From Cyanophora paradoxa CCMP329 (taxonomy: Eukaryota; Plantae; Glaucophyta), in the NCBI GenBank assembly GCA_004431415.1, contig QPMI01000007.1, positions 21,532 through 85,531 on the forward strand: DNA of 64,000 bases. Direction: 5' to 3'. Below, one piece after another: positions 11,601-23,838 of this stretch. The position numbers and the translations under genes were made by a program. Below the pieces are notes generated by a model. It was not told the origin of the DNA, searched no databases, and saw only the letters and a program-made list of their open reading frames with translations. The first letter of the stretch is position 1; every line of letters begins with the position of its first letter.

Positions 11601-13114
11601 AAGAGGAAGGAGGGGTCCGCGTCGGACGCGGGGCCCGCGATCTGAGCTCCGATGAGCAGTGTGAGACGGGAACGGGCCGCGGGCCGGGGTCGGGGGGCGC
11701 TGACGCACGAGGGGCGCGGGGAGGTCGACGGTGAGGGGGCCCGCCTCGTTGTCGTCGCCCGCGGCCGCGTCGGCCTCCTCCTGCGCTCCGTTCAATGAGG
11801 AGGACGGGGCGCTGGCTGGCACGCGCGGCCGGACCGCGCCCGAGTCGAGATCGAGGTCCAGGCTCGGGGGCGCCGTGACGTCGATGACCTCTGTCTCCTC
11901 CTCGCCCGCGCCGACGTCGACGCCGGCTGCGCCCCCGCCCTTGCCGCCCCCGCCGCCGTGCACGACGTACGCCCCTTGCAGGCATTCCTGCGCGAGGCGA
12001 GGGGGCCTTAGCTCGCGCCACGGCCAGCGCCGTCGAGCGCAATGCAAGCGCGGACCATCAGCGGGCCCATCACGTCGATGTCGACGCGCTCGTCAGGCCC
12101 TTCCTGCGCGCCGCCGCCGCCCGCAGTCGCCCCGCCCGCCTCGCCTCGGGTGCCCGCCTCCTCCTCCGCCGCCACGCTGAAGTTGAGGCGGAGCACTAGG
12201 CCCAAGCTGTTCTCTGGGGCGGGCGTCAGCTCCGATGTCCGGCCAGGCCTCGCCGAGCGCCGGCGCCTTCGCACCGTCGACGGCGACGATGAGCTTCCGG
12301 CCCGGGACGGTCACGAGGTCCTTCGGGATCGCGTGGACGAGCGAGCACCTGCGCGCGCACCCGTGGACATCAATCCTTGAAGCTCGAGGAGGCGAGGACG
12401 TCCACCGCGGACGAAGGCTGACCCCATGGCCATCCTCGAGTCGTTGTAGTGCTGCTCCACGGGGGCTGCCGTTATCCAGCGCTCGCCGCCGCTATCCACG
12501 TCGATGTCTGCGAGGAATTCGAAGTCGTCCGCGGCCGTCGAGTTATCCAGCGCCCTGCGCGCGCGCGCGGGACGGGGGGCGGGCCCGGCCCGGACCCAGG
12601 AAGCAGTCAGGCGGATGTACGGTGAATGGCGGGCATGATTAGACAGCCGAGAAGCGCGAATGCAGAACGCCGAGGCGCCAGCGCCGGCCGCGTCGCGCGC
12701 GCGCGACACCAATTGCAATTGCAAATTCGAAATTAAACCGATCCAGCTCGCACCGAAGGCGCCAGGACTGCGATGCATTGTTGCAGGAGAGCGAAAGTTC
12801 TACCGAATCTAGCCTTGCGCGACTCCCGCGGTCGCGCGTGGACGTGGCCTCGTCGACGAGCTGAGAGTCAAGGTCGACCTCGGCTACGGCGCTCACACAC
12901 GCCGGGAGCGCAAAGTGCATCACGTAGCCATCGTGTATTGCGCGGGCCTGGCGCGCTGTGAGCCCCGGCAACGCCCAGGGGGCCGAGAAGGGCCGGCGCG
13001 CGATGCGCTCACACCATTCGCGCGTACCTGAACGGGCGGGAGCTCCACGGACACTGTATAGCCCGCTGTGCAAGCGGCGAGGGCCAGCAGGGCGCAGGCG
13101 ACGGCGGCTCGCAT
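8607..13114 (-). CDS. Secreted protein with a C-terminal spherulin-4 / Sph3-like (GH135) domain
   Basis: Signal peptide MRAAVACALLALAACTAG. Spliced C-terminus YWARVAGAAPKVVRAYAVFNPQDGPGGAPDPFY|AKAVGDARAAGVTVLG|YVRTGWGARPLRDALSDI|DGYRALYKGVGGILFDEG...ECAMRAADLV...YPASRFWHVLHG...GAGVLSV...PWDRP|PSGGYWDALV follows spherulin-4 family motifs in the expected order. Confidence 0.75.
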
Positions 13115-13174
13115 TCCTTGCGGCACGGTATCCCCCCCCCGCGCTCGCAAGTCGCTGAGGGCGCGTGCGGGGCG
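13115..13174. promoter_or_regulatory. 60-bp interval between divergent start codons (putative bidirectional promoter)
   Basis: ATG on the - strand at 13114 (signal peptide) and ATG on the + strand at 13175 (presequence-like leader of the ketoacyl synthase). Confidence 0.6.
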
Positions 13175-15191
13175 ATGGCGAGCGCTGTAGCTGTCATTAG
13201 GAGGCGCGCGGCGAGCACCTGGGCCGCCCCACCGCTCCAGCCGCAGCGCCGCGTCGTGGTCACGGGGATCGGGCTTGTGACCCCTCTGGGCGTCGGCGTG
13301 GAGCGCGTGTGGTCGCGCCTCACCGCAGGCGAGACCGCTGTGCGTGCCCTGGCCGGGGACGCGTTCGCGCAGTTCCCGTCGAAGGTCGCGGCGCAAGTGC
13401 CGCGCGGCAAGGGCGACGGCGAGTTCGACGTCGACAAGTACGTGGGAGCAGATGTACGCGCCCGCGCGCCGCCGCACCGCCGCGCGCCCCGATCCCTCTG
13501 CAGGAGCAGCGCAAGACGTCGCCCTTCATCGATTTCGCGCTAGCGGCGGCCGAGGAGGCGCTCGTTGACGCGCGCTGGAAGCCGAGCGACCCGCAGGCGC
13601 TCGCAAGGACGGTCCGCCGTTCCTCCGACGGCCGCGCCGCATCGCAGTCGTCGCTGAATCGCTGGCGCGGCGCAGGGCGTGGCCGTCGGCGCAGGAATGG
13701 GATCCATAGACGACATTTGTGACGTCTCTAGACAGCTGGATGCTCAGGTGAGGGGCGCTTGCGCTCGGCGCTCGGCCGCGTGGCGCCCGGCCCGACCCGC
13801 CCGCCCGCCCTCACGCCTTCGCAGGCGTACCGCCGCGTGAGCCCGCACTTCATCCCGAAGATCCTCATCAACCTCGCGGGAGGGCTCATCAGCATAAGGC
13901 ACAAGTTCGGGGTGCGCAGGGCGCCCCGCGCCCCTACCCTCCCTCCCCCGGAACTGAAAAAGCAGTACCCCCCCAGGGCCCCAACCACGCCGTGTCGACC
14001 GCCTGCGCGACGGGCGCGCACGCCATCGGCGACGCTTACCGCTTCATCAAGTTCGGCGAGGCAGACGTCCGCCCCGCCCCACCCCGCCGTCCGCTCCCGG
14101 GTACCAGAACCCCGCCGATCGACCGGGGTACAGGTCATGGTCGCGGGGGGTACCGAGGCCTCCATCAACCCCGTCTCCTTCGCCGGCTTCAGCAGGCGCG
14201 GCTGCCTATCCCAGTACCCTGCGCGCGCTGAAATCCCGTACCCCCAGAGCAAAGGCCCTCTCGACCAAGTACAACGACCGACCGCATGAGGCGTCGCGAC
14301 CGTTCGACAAGGGACGCGACGGATTCGTCATGGGAGAGGTGCGCTGTACCCCAAACTCGCTTTATGTACCCCTGCCGACGCCGCCCTGCCCCGTCGCAGG
14401 GTTCCGCCATTCTCGTCTTGGAGGCCCGCGCACATGCCCGCCTACCCCTTGCCGAATCGCTTACCCCCCAGCAGGAGATGGAGCACGCGAAGGCGCGGGG
14501 GGCACGCATCTACGCCGAGCTCCGCGGGTACGGCCTCTCCGGTGCGCCTCCCCTCTTCCCCGTACCCCTGCCGCCGCAATCCAAGCGCGGGCCGGGGGGG
14601 GTGTAGGAGACGCGCACCACATCACGGCGCCGAGCCCCGGCGGGGAGGGCGCGCTGCGGGCCATGCGGACGGCCCTGGCGGTCTCGGGCCTCGCCCCCAC
14701 TGACATCGCGTACGTCAACGCCCACGCCACTTCTACCCCGCTCGGTCCGCCGTACCCCCCTCCCGCTTCATCCCGTACCCCCCCTTACCCTACCCGTCCG
14801 CAGGGGACGAAAAGGAGGCGGGGGCGATCGCGGCGCTGCTGGGGCCCGCGGGCGTGGCCGGCGCGTCGGTCTCGAGCACGAAGGGCGCCGTGGGGCACCT
14901 CCTGGGAGCCGCCGGCGCGATCGAGGCCGCGTTCTCCGTCCTGGCCGTCCACCGCGTGCGCCCGTACCCCCCTCCCCCCTCCCCCCCCCCACCCTCGGCG
15001 CCTCCCGACGTGGCCTCGCGCAGGGCGTCGTGCCGCCGACGTGCAACCTGAGCGAGCCGGACGTGGGCGAGGCCGGCGCCGGGCTGCGGCTGGTGGCGCG
15101 CGAGGCGGAGCGGCGGGCTGTACCCGCCGCCATGTCCAACTCCTTCGGCTTCGGGGGTACCAACGCCTCCCTCGTCTTCGCCCAGATCTAA
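13175..15191 (+). CDS. OXSM: Beta-ketoacyl-ACP synthase II (FabF type), probably mitochondrial
   Basis: Eleven short introns splice to a complete protein: [15 protein letters not shown], catalytic [59 protein letters not shown]. The N-terminal leader is short, Arg-rich and acid-free. Confidence 0.95.
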
Positions 15192-15572
15192 TTCCGTCCT
15201 GTACACGTGTCCCTTCTCTCTCTCCAGCTAACTTGAGCCCCACTAGTACTCGTCCTTCCTGCCCTGAGAAGACCCCAAGGCCACTCTCCCGCCCCGCCCC
15301 GCGCGTGTTCGATCGCGTATGTGCAACTTTTCCTCCGGCATATTGGTTCCACTCAGATCTACACTAGAGTACTGCAGCCGCGATCGTGGGGGATCGAAGC
15401 ACACGCGGGGATGCGCATCTTGGGACGATAAACTGAGCACCGCCGCTCTATATCCAAATCGAGCCTACCTAACGGACCTACCCTGGAAAGAAAACGAAGA
15501 AACTGTTGGAAATGGACTGCACTGAGTGAAAGAGGTTGACGAACGGGGCCATTCCTTTTTCCCGCAACCTGC

Positions 15573-16584
15573 TTAGGAGTTCACCGCGACGGTCGGCTGC
15601 GCCGCGTCGTGAACCCCGACCTCCCGCCTATCGGAGCCACCGGCCTTCTTTGAGCTACTGCCGCCGCCTTTGCCCCCGAAGAGATTCGACATGAACGCCG
15701 CAATGCCGCCTTTGCCCTTCTTCCCCTTGAACGCTCCTGCGCAACGGAGATCAGCGGACTCCCGGAGCCCAGCGCCGCGCAGGCGGCGGGGCGCGCCGCG
15801 TCTCTTGTAGGCGTAGAGCCACTTGAGCTGGTTGGCGTTGAATGCCCCGCGGCGGCGCTGGCGCACGTACTCCACTGTGCAGCGGAGAAGGGGAAAAGGT
15901 TTAGGATGCATTGAAGAAGCAGAAACAAGGAAGCTGGCGCACCAGCGTCGAGCGGGTCCATGCCCTTCTCAATGAGCGCGACCGCAATCAGGACCGGGGC
16001 GCTGCGAGGCGGACGGGCGGAGTGAGGAACGGGCGCCCGAAAGCAGCTGCTCGGTTCTAGGAGAGCAGGTGAGCGGGTGAACGCACCGGCCGAGGCCCGC
16101 GACGCAGTGCACAGCGATCGTCTCCGGCGGGTCGACCTCCTTCGAGAAGGTGTCCCCGCAGAGTTTGAGCCAGTCATTCAGGATGTTCTCCGGAGGCGAA
16201 GCACCATCCGGCCACGGCCAGTGCTGCGGGAAAAGGTCAGCGGGGACGCGTGGCGGGCAGTGCGGGAGAGTGGGTTCACATGGAGCTTGATATCCATCCG
16301 CTCGAGCGGCTGCGGAGCGGCGCGTGAGGGCACGAATGAAGATCTGCAGCACGAAGCATGCACCTCGCTCGAGTAGGTGGCATCACAAACGCGGACAACG
16401 TGCTTGACGTTGGCCTTGTTGAGTTCCTGCGCAAGATACGGTCAGCGGAGGCCGCGGCCTTCGCCTGCGGGATGCGAGCCTTGATGTAGACGGGCAGGTT
16501 GGCGTCCGTCGGAGCGTCCATCAGGATGAAGCGCAGGTTGTTGTATTCGATGGTGCTCGCGCGGTAGCTAACTGAGAATGCCAT
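15573..16584 (-). CDS. PTP4A: PRL / PTP4A-family protein tyrosine phosphatase
   Basis: Six introns. Motifs: LRFILMDAPTDANL, VVRVC, WPWPDGASPP, AVHCVAGLGRAPVLIAVALIE, RQRRRGAFNANQL. Confidence 0.93.
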
Positions 16585-17477
16585 GTTGCTGCTGTAAAGC
16601 TTATGGAAGTTGCTGCAGTTGTGGCTGGCGGGACGTTGAAGTTGGGGCGGGTTGAGGGCTTTCTATGGGCTTCGAGGCGCGAACGCCTTGTCTCTCAGGG
16701 AGGACAGGATCGGACTTAGCCGATCCCTCCACGCATCAATAAGCTCCGTTCCTCGTCGGCGGCGGGGCCCGGAGCGGAACCAACTCACATCCGTCACAAC
16801 GACGCTGGCTCTGCCCGACGGTGTCAAGGGTGAGAGGCACGAGCACCACCTCAGCAGCGCACCTGTCGTTCCGCCGGCCAGGAGCGGGAAAACAGGTGAA
16901 GTCAGGGGTGAGGGGCTTCTTTCTCTTTCTGTACCCGGCCGGGGGGAGGGGGGTAGTCGGCTCCCTCGGGCTTCCAAGTTCCACGGCGCGGCTGCGCGGC
17001 AACTGCATATTGAAGTACAGTGCTGCCGACTGCGGCCCTCGGATGCGCGGACCGAGGCGCGTGCGAGCGCGATTCAATTATCCGCCGGGTTCGCGCCAAG
17101 TTCAGCGCTAGCAGCCGCAGCCGCAGTTCGCGGTGTGCTCGCGCGTATCGCAACTCTTCGAAAACCCACTCGCTGAACCGCCGCGCGCGGTCGCAGGCCT
17201 AGGCCGCCGAGGAACGGAGCAGCAGCCGACCTTAAGCTTCAAGCCGCGAACTCCGCCGCAGCCCTCCAGTCGCTGGAATCGAATCTAGATATCGATCTAG
17301 AGTCGAACGTGCGTACGCGTTCCGCGCGCGCGCGCCTGCAGCTGCTCTTTTCTAGGCCTACGTATACGTATACGCGTAGGCCGACGCTTACGCGGACGCT
17401 TACGTGTATGTGTCTCGAGCTCGTTGACGTCCTGAAGTGCAGCGCAGGGCTCCGCGGACGCGCGCGGCCACGGGCCG

Positions 17478-18505
17478 ATGGATTACCGGGGCGCCGGCGA
17501 GTGGCCATGGCTCTTCCGGATGACATTAATATTGGTGCATCGCGCGCGCGCGCGGGGTGAGCCCGAGGCCGGCCAACGAGGCTTCCACGTGCACGGGCAG
17601 GCGATCGGCACCGGCGCGCCCCTCGTGATTGGCATCGGCGCGCTCCTCCTCGTGATCCGCAGCGGCAGGCTCCCCTTCCGCTCGCTCTCGACGGAGGAGG
17701 AGGGCCGGCCGCCTGAGGGCCCGGGCCCGCCTCGAGCTCGCGCGGGCCGAGGAGCATGCGCAGCTGGCGTAAGCGCGGGCGCGGGGGGAGCTCGCGTCGC
17801 GGCTGGCGAAGGCGGCGCAGCTGGGGGCTGCGTGGCCATGGGAGGCTGAGGAGCTCGAGCGGGCGAGGCGGCTGGCCATATGCATGGCCGAGGAGGCCCG
17901 GCGGGCGGCGGAGCGCGAGGGCGAGAGGCGGGCGGAGGAGGCGCGGAGGGGCGAGGCGGCCGCGGCGCGGCGGGTGGCAGCGGCGGAGCGGGCGGCGGCG
18001 GACGCGACGGCGGCGGCAAGGAAGGCGGCCGCGGAGCTCGAGGCCGCCCGCGCGGAGGCGGCGGCGCTGCGGCAGGCGGCCGCAGCTGGGAGGCCCCAGG
18101 CGGTCTCGGCGGCGGCCGCGCTGGCGGAGGTGGAGGCAGGCCTGCCGGCGATGGGCCGCGCGGACCTCTCCGCCCTCGTGGCGCGCCTCGGGGCGCTGCT
18201 GGCGGCCGCCTCGCAGCGCCTCGCGGCGGCCCCACGCGAGCGCGAGTGCGCCGTCTGCCTCACCGTGAAGGCCGAGGAGCACATGCGCGTCCTCCACCCG
18301 TGCGCTGCGCCGCGCCGCAGGGGGTTCCGATCTTAAGCTTCCTCCGCTGATCCTGCGCGCCGCGCCGCGCCGCAGGTGCATGCACGGGTTCTGCGAGGAG
18401 TGCGTGGCGCGGCTGCAGGCCGGGGGCAGCCCCTGCCCGCGGTGCCGGCGGCCCTTCGCGCGCGCCTCGCGCGTCTTCGTGGGCGACGCCCCCTCTGGCC
18501 TTTAG
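17478..18505 (+). CDS. Membrane-anchored coiled-coil RING-HC protein
   Basis: Hydrophobic N-terminus (LILAIGTGAPLVIGIGALLLVI), an A/E/R-rich helix, then CAVC...LHP|CMHGFCEEC...CPRCR; three introns. Confidence 0.75.
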
Positions 18506-19050
18506 TCGACGATCTGATCATTTTAATTATCATGAGGCCCCCTATCATGATTCAGTGTGAGATTATATATAATTATATATAATTAACGTTTTTGGGGGGC
18601 TTCGGGAGATTTAATGGAGACTTTAATGAGATGTAGTCTCCAGCTAATATCCGTTGGAGACTTTTCAGAGACTTCCTAAGCAAGCGGCGTTAAACTAAAC
18701 TTTGTTACTTAGCAGCCTTCAACCCATGGCCATGGCCAGACGCCCATGGCCAGGCACCGGGCACCCGGCTTCCATCGCCTCAATATCTCTTCCATTCTCC
18801 ATTCTCCTTCGAAATCCCTCGCACGCGCGTACATATACAAGCCGGGCGGGGCCGTGAAAGCCAAGGCCCAGGTGCAGGGGGTGGGATCCGGAGCACGGCG
18901 CGGCGAGTGCGTAGGCGCATCCCTCACGCGTCGGCGGCGAGGAACTCGGCCTCCACCTGCAGCGGGGCGCACACGGATCACCCTCAAGCTCCAAATTAAA
19001 AGCCGCGCGGAGTTCGAGCTCGCCGAGTCGCAGCAAATTAAATAAAGCGG

Positions 19051-19320
19051 ACCATGTGGGCGAGGTCGGCGGCGGCGTCGAGCTCGGCGGCGTCCAGCTC
19101 CGCCTCCGCCGCAAAGTCCTCCTCATGATCAACCAGCTGCGGGCCGGTGCGATCAGCTCCGACTCGGCGAGGCCTAGGGCCTAGGCTTTGATTTCTCGGG
19201 GGGCCCGGAGCTCGGCGCATATATACCTGGGACTCCTCGTCCAGGAGGCGGGCAGCGCACGCGGTCCACTGCCACATGCCGTTCACTTTGATGAGACTTT
19301 GGTAGGCCACGGAGGTGGAA
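19051..19320 (-). pseudogene. Possible coding fragment of unknown origin
   Basis: VAYQSLIKVNGMWQWTACAARLLDEESQ|LVDHEEDFAAEAELDAAELDAAADLAHM with plausible splice sites, embedded in palindrome-rich DNA. No start or end could be modelled. Confidence 0.25.
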
Positions 19321-21030
19321 GGGCAGCTGATGGGGCGGCCGCGCGCGGGGCGAACGTCAGCAAAACCGAATTCGAAGAAACACGGCAGCGGCGCGCGGCA
19401 CTAGTTCATTAAATTTAAGGAGATCTGGAAGATCTAGAGGGCCCCGGGGGACCGGGGCCGGCGCGCGGGCCCGGGGGTGCCAGGGTGCGGCCCAGCTGCA
19501 AATTAAAGCGCACTTGGCAGGCGTCGTCGTAGAATATCCATTCAAGTTCGCCGGCGTGCAGCTGGAGTCGCTGAAGCATTTGATGGTCCCGGCGTCAGAC
19601 ATCGTGTCTCAGTGATAAGCAAGGTGCTCCCGCCGGGCTGTCTTGTTTGCGCGAGTTGCAGGTTGTTTAGCGCTCTGCTCTCAGAGTCGACGTCTGCAGC
19701 CTCTGCTGCTCAGCCGCTGAGCGGCTTTCAAGTTTAGATGTTTCGAGCTCCTACTACCTGTAGGCTACTAGGCTAGTAAGGCTACCCGCGGCGGCGCGGC
19801 CAGCGCTACCCGGGTGTACCGGTACCGTCGCGGCGTCGCCTTCCGAGCGGCCCGAGCCTCGCGTACACGGTACCGACTCTACTACGGTAGTACCGAGTCC
19901 TACCGACTCTGCCGCAGTCTCTGCCGACCGTCGGACTCTCTGGCACTCTCTGCGGCTCTGCCGCTCTGCAATGAGTCTGCCAGGCTGCATGAGCCTGCAT
20001 CATGAGGCTGCATGCGGCAGAAGCCTTAGCTTGAACGGCCCGGCTTGAAGGAGAATTCCGAAGGAGAAAAAAACTAATGCTAACCGTTGAACGTTATATT
20101 ACGATCGAGCTCGATCGCGAGCCTTCACCTTCAAAAACTTTATAATTTACGAAAAATCTGACTCCCTGATTATGAAGCTGAAGCCCCCCGGGCCCCGGGC
20201 CCCGGCCGGGGCCGGGCCCGGCCGGCCCCGGCCGCCGGGCCGCCGCCCGCGGGCCGCGGCCGCCCGCCGGGGCCGCGCCACCGCGCCCGCGGCCGCGGCC
20301 GCCGCGCGGGCGGCCGGGCGCGGCCGGGGCCCGGCCGCCCGGGCCGCCCGCCCGGGCCTGCCGGCGGAGGCTGCCGCCCGGGCCCTGGGGGCCGGGGCGG
20401 CGGGGCCCGAGCCGCCCGACGGCCGCCCCACTGCGGCCCCAGCTCCGACGTCGACTCCTCCGACTCGGCGAGTCCGACGGTCCTCCGAGGCTACGACCGT
20501 CTGACTCCGAGGCTCCCCTCGATCGGCTAAAAATCGATCTCCGATTGCGAACTTCGGACTCCGGGAAAACCGACGTTGCGATCGAGCTCGATCGCGAGCC
20601 GGGCGCCCGGCCTTCATGATCATGATTAATATTCATGAGTTGAATGGCAATTGCAATTGCAAGTTACTAGTACCGGTACCGTACGTAGTAATAATTCAGG
20701 CCGCCGGGCATGCGCAAGCTGAAACTTTTTTGAAAGCGTCGCCCGGCGCGGCGGCGCCGCGGCCGTGGCCGCCGGCCCGGCGCCGGGTCCGAAGCGACCG
20801 GCGCGGCGGCGCCCCGGCGTAAGAGCTCGAGTCGTAGGACTCGTCACGGCGTAGCTGACCTCGGAAGGCCTGGGCGGCGCGGCCGCCAAACCGTTGAACA
20901 ACAGCAAACTCGTGCCTAGCATTTAATTTCCTGCACACACATGCGGGCCCCGGGCTCGGGGATCGATATCGAGATCGCGAACGAAAGGAGGGGAATAGAA
21001 AGAAATTTAAAGCGCGCCGGCCTCGCCGGC

Positions 21031-23797
21031 TCAGGCGGGGCTCGAGCTGGACGCGGGCGCCGCGGGGTCGGACCCGGAGGGCCCGGCGGAGGGCCCGGGT
21101 GCGGGGCCGGCGAGGGGCGCGAGGGCCGCCTCCACGCGGGGGAGGAGGCGGGCGAGGGAGACACGGAAGCCGCCCGAGGGCGCGTGCGCGAAGGGCAGCG
21201 CCGGGGGCGCCCCCGCCGCCCCGCCGCCGGCTGCGGGCGCGCGGCGGGCGCGGCTGCGGCCCGGCCTCGGCCCCGGCCCCGGCCTCGGAGGGGGCCGCCG
21301 GGGCGGCGAGGAGCGCGCGGCAGCGATCGAGGACGAGGCGGGCCCGCGAGGCGAAGTGGGCCCGGATGAGGCCCTGCGCGGATGGAGTTCGAAGGGGTAC
21401 ATGCACAAACGCGGCGCGCGGGGCCGGGGACGGACCGCGAAGGGGGCCGGCGGGGCGCGCAGGTTCGTGATCATCGTCCGCAGCGAGAGGAGGTACGCGT
21501 TCTCGCTGAGAGGGGGCGGCGGCTCAGGGCGGGCGGGGCGAGGGGCCGGGCCCGAGAGAGGGGAGGGGCTTGCGGGGCCGACCTGTAGGAGCGGGAGTTG
21601 GACGCGCCCTCCTGCGTACCCATCTGGCTCTCGTAGCCTGCGCTGCGCTTTCAGAAGGGGGGGGGTACGGGAGCAAGGGCGGGAGGAGCGAGAGGGGGGT
21701 ACGGCACGCGCCGGCCTCGTTGTAGTACGGGTGCTCGTTCAGCACGAGGCCCTGCAGGGAGACCAGCACCTGGGCGGGGTACGGCGTTCGGTTCGGAGGG
21801 GGTACAGGGGCGGGGGGTACGGGTAGGCACCTGGAGGAGGGTGCTGCGCTGCGAATCCCACTGCTCCCGCCCCTCGCCGTCCCACGTGCCCAGCAGGCTC
21901 AGGCAGACCTTCCCGTTCGTGTCTGCCGCGCCGCCGCGGGCGTGAGCCGAGCGCCGCGGCGGGGGGAGGGCGCGGGAGGGGGGTACGGGCGCGCGCACAG
22001 AGGTTGGGGTTGATGCGCTCGCCGACGTTCCAGTACGTGAGCTTGGGCGGGGACTGGGGGTAGTCCGGCGGCAGCGTCACGTCGAACACGAACACGGCGT
22101 CCGAGTACCTGAAAGGGGGGTATCAGAAAAAGCTGAAGGGGTGGGGGTACGTCGAATCCGAAGCTAGGCGAGGGGGGTACTACGGTACGCACGGGGTGCC
22201 CTCGGGTCCGACGACGAGGGCGGAGAGGAGCGCGGTGTTGTCCTCGTAGGCGCGCACGAAGATGCCCTCTGCGGCCGCGGCGCGAACGAAGGAACGTTCG
22301 CTCAGGGGAGAAAGAGAGGAAAGGAAGGGCCGGGCGACGGCAGCAGCGGACCGGGGAGGGAGGATCGGAGGGCGCGCCACTCGCGTTGGACGCGCGTCGC
22401 GAAGGCCCGCGGGTTGTTCGGCGCCTGCGTCACGCTGCGAGGGGCCCCGTCAGAGGGGACGCGCCGCTGCGCGAGAGGGAGGCCTAGGGTGCTGCACCTG
22501 CTGTCCGCGTGGCGCCCGGGGACCGCCGGCAGCACGGCGAAGGGCGCGCGGTCGTCCGAGGGCGCGGGGCCCGCCTCGCCGCCCGCCGCCGCCGCGCCGC
22601 CGTCGCCCTCGCCGCCCGCCTCGCCACCCTCCTCGCCGCCCTTCCCGCCCTCGTCCTTCTCCTCGTCCCCATCGCCGTTCTCGTCGTCGTCGTCGTCGTC
22701 ACCGCCGCCGCCGCCGCCGCCGCCCCGCCGCCGCTGGCCGCCGCCGCTGTGCCCGAGGCCCGTCGCCGCCGGACCCGCCGCGGCCGCCTCGCTTCCGCCT
22801 CCTCGTCATCCTCCTCCTCCCCAGGCGGCGCCGCCGACGGGCCCTGCGCGCCCGAGCCGATCAGCCGCCTGTGGCCGAGCGGAGAAGCGCGCGCGAGGGC
22901 GCACCCCGAAGTGGTTGCGGGCCCACTCCCAGGAGCGCTGCAGGAAGCCGCGGAGGGCGCCGCCGGGCTGCTCGGGCCCGCCGGGGCCGCCCTGCCCGCC
23001 GGCCGAGTCGCGCAGCGCCTGCTCCAGCGCGCCGATGAGCTCGGGCGGCAGGTTCATCGCCACGCTGCCGCTGCGCGCCGTCCGCAGCAGGTTCTCGATC
23101 GTCGCCGCCGCCTCGGGCGGGAGCGACGGCCCCGCCCCGCGCCCGCCGCGCCCGCCGCGCCCGCCGGCCCGCCGGGCCCGCCGGTGCCCTCGGGGCGTTC
23201 AGACGGATGGCCTGAAGTCCCTCCACGAGGTTGCCCACCAGAACGACGGCCACTGCGGCGAGAAGTGAGGTCAGAAGGCGGCGGCACCGAGAGCTCGACT
23301 GGGGCGCCGGCGCACTTCGGCTGTTGGTGGCGGGGTCCGCGGCCCCCGCGATCTCTGAGAAGGCAAGGGGCGCGCCCTGCTGCCCGGCCCGCCGCAGGGC
23401 GGCCTGGATCGCCTCGTTCACGTGGGGCGGCAGCGGGCCCGCCATCGTGCTGAAGCGGGGGTGCGGCGGCGGAGGCTGGTTCGGCAGCCGCCCCGACCGG
23501 CCCGCGCGCCTCCCGCCCGCGCCCGGCTCCCGCCGGTTGCCCTTCGGCGTCTGGCCCGCCCCGCGGGCGCCGCCGCCGGCCCCGCCCGCCTCGTAGTGGG
23601 CGGGGTCCTCGTTACTCGCCACCTCCCAGCCGCCCTCCTCGTCGTCCTCGTCCTCGTCGTCCTCCTCGTCCGACCCGCCCTCTCCCGCATCTTCTTCCTG
23701 CTCGCCCTGCCGGAGAGCGAAAGAACGAACAAGTCAGACCCGCGGCGCGGAGCAGCACATCGCAGCGCCGCCCACCGTCCCCTCGTCCCCGTCCTCA

Positions 23798-23838
<41 letters not shown>

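Noticed and set aside
13175-15191. Ketosynthase as part of a polyketide biosynthetic cluster
   Set aside because: It is a stand-alone FabF/OXSM-type enzyme with an organellar leader, and no ACP, AT or tailoring genes are nearby.
17281-17423. Cloning-vector polylinker contamination suggested by dense restriction sites
   Set aside because: The sites overlap and repeat, differ at each locus, occur inside introns and repeat copies, and no vector backbone is present.
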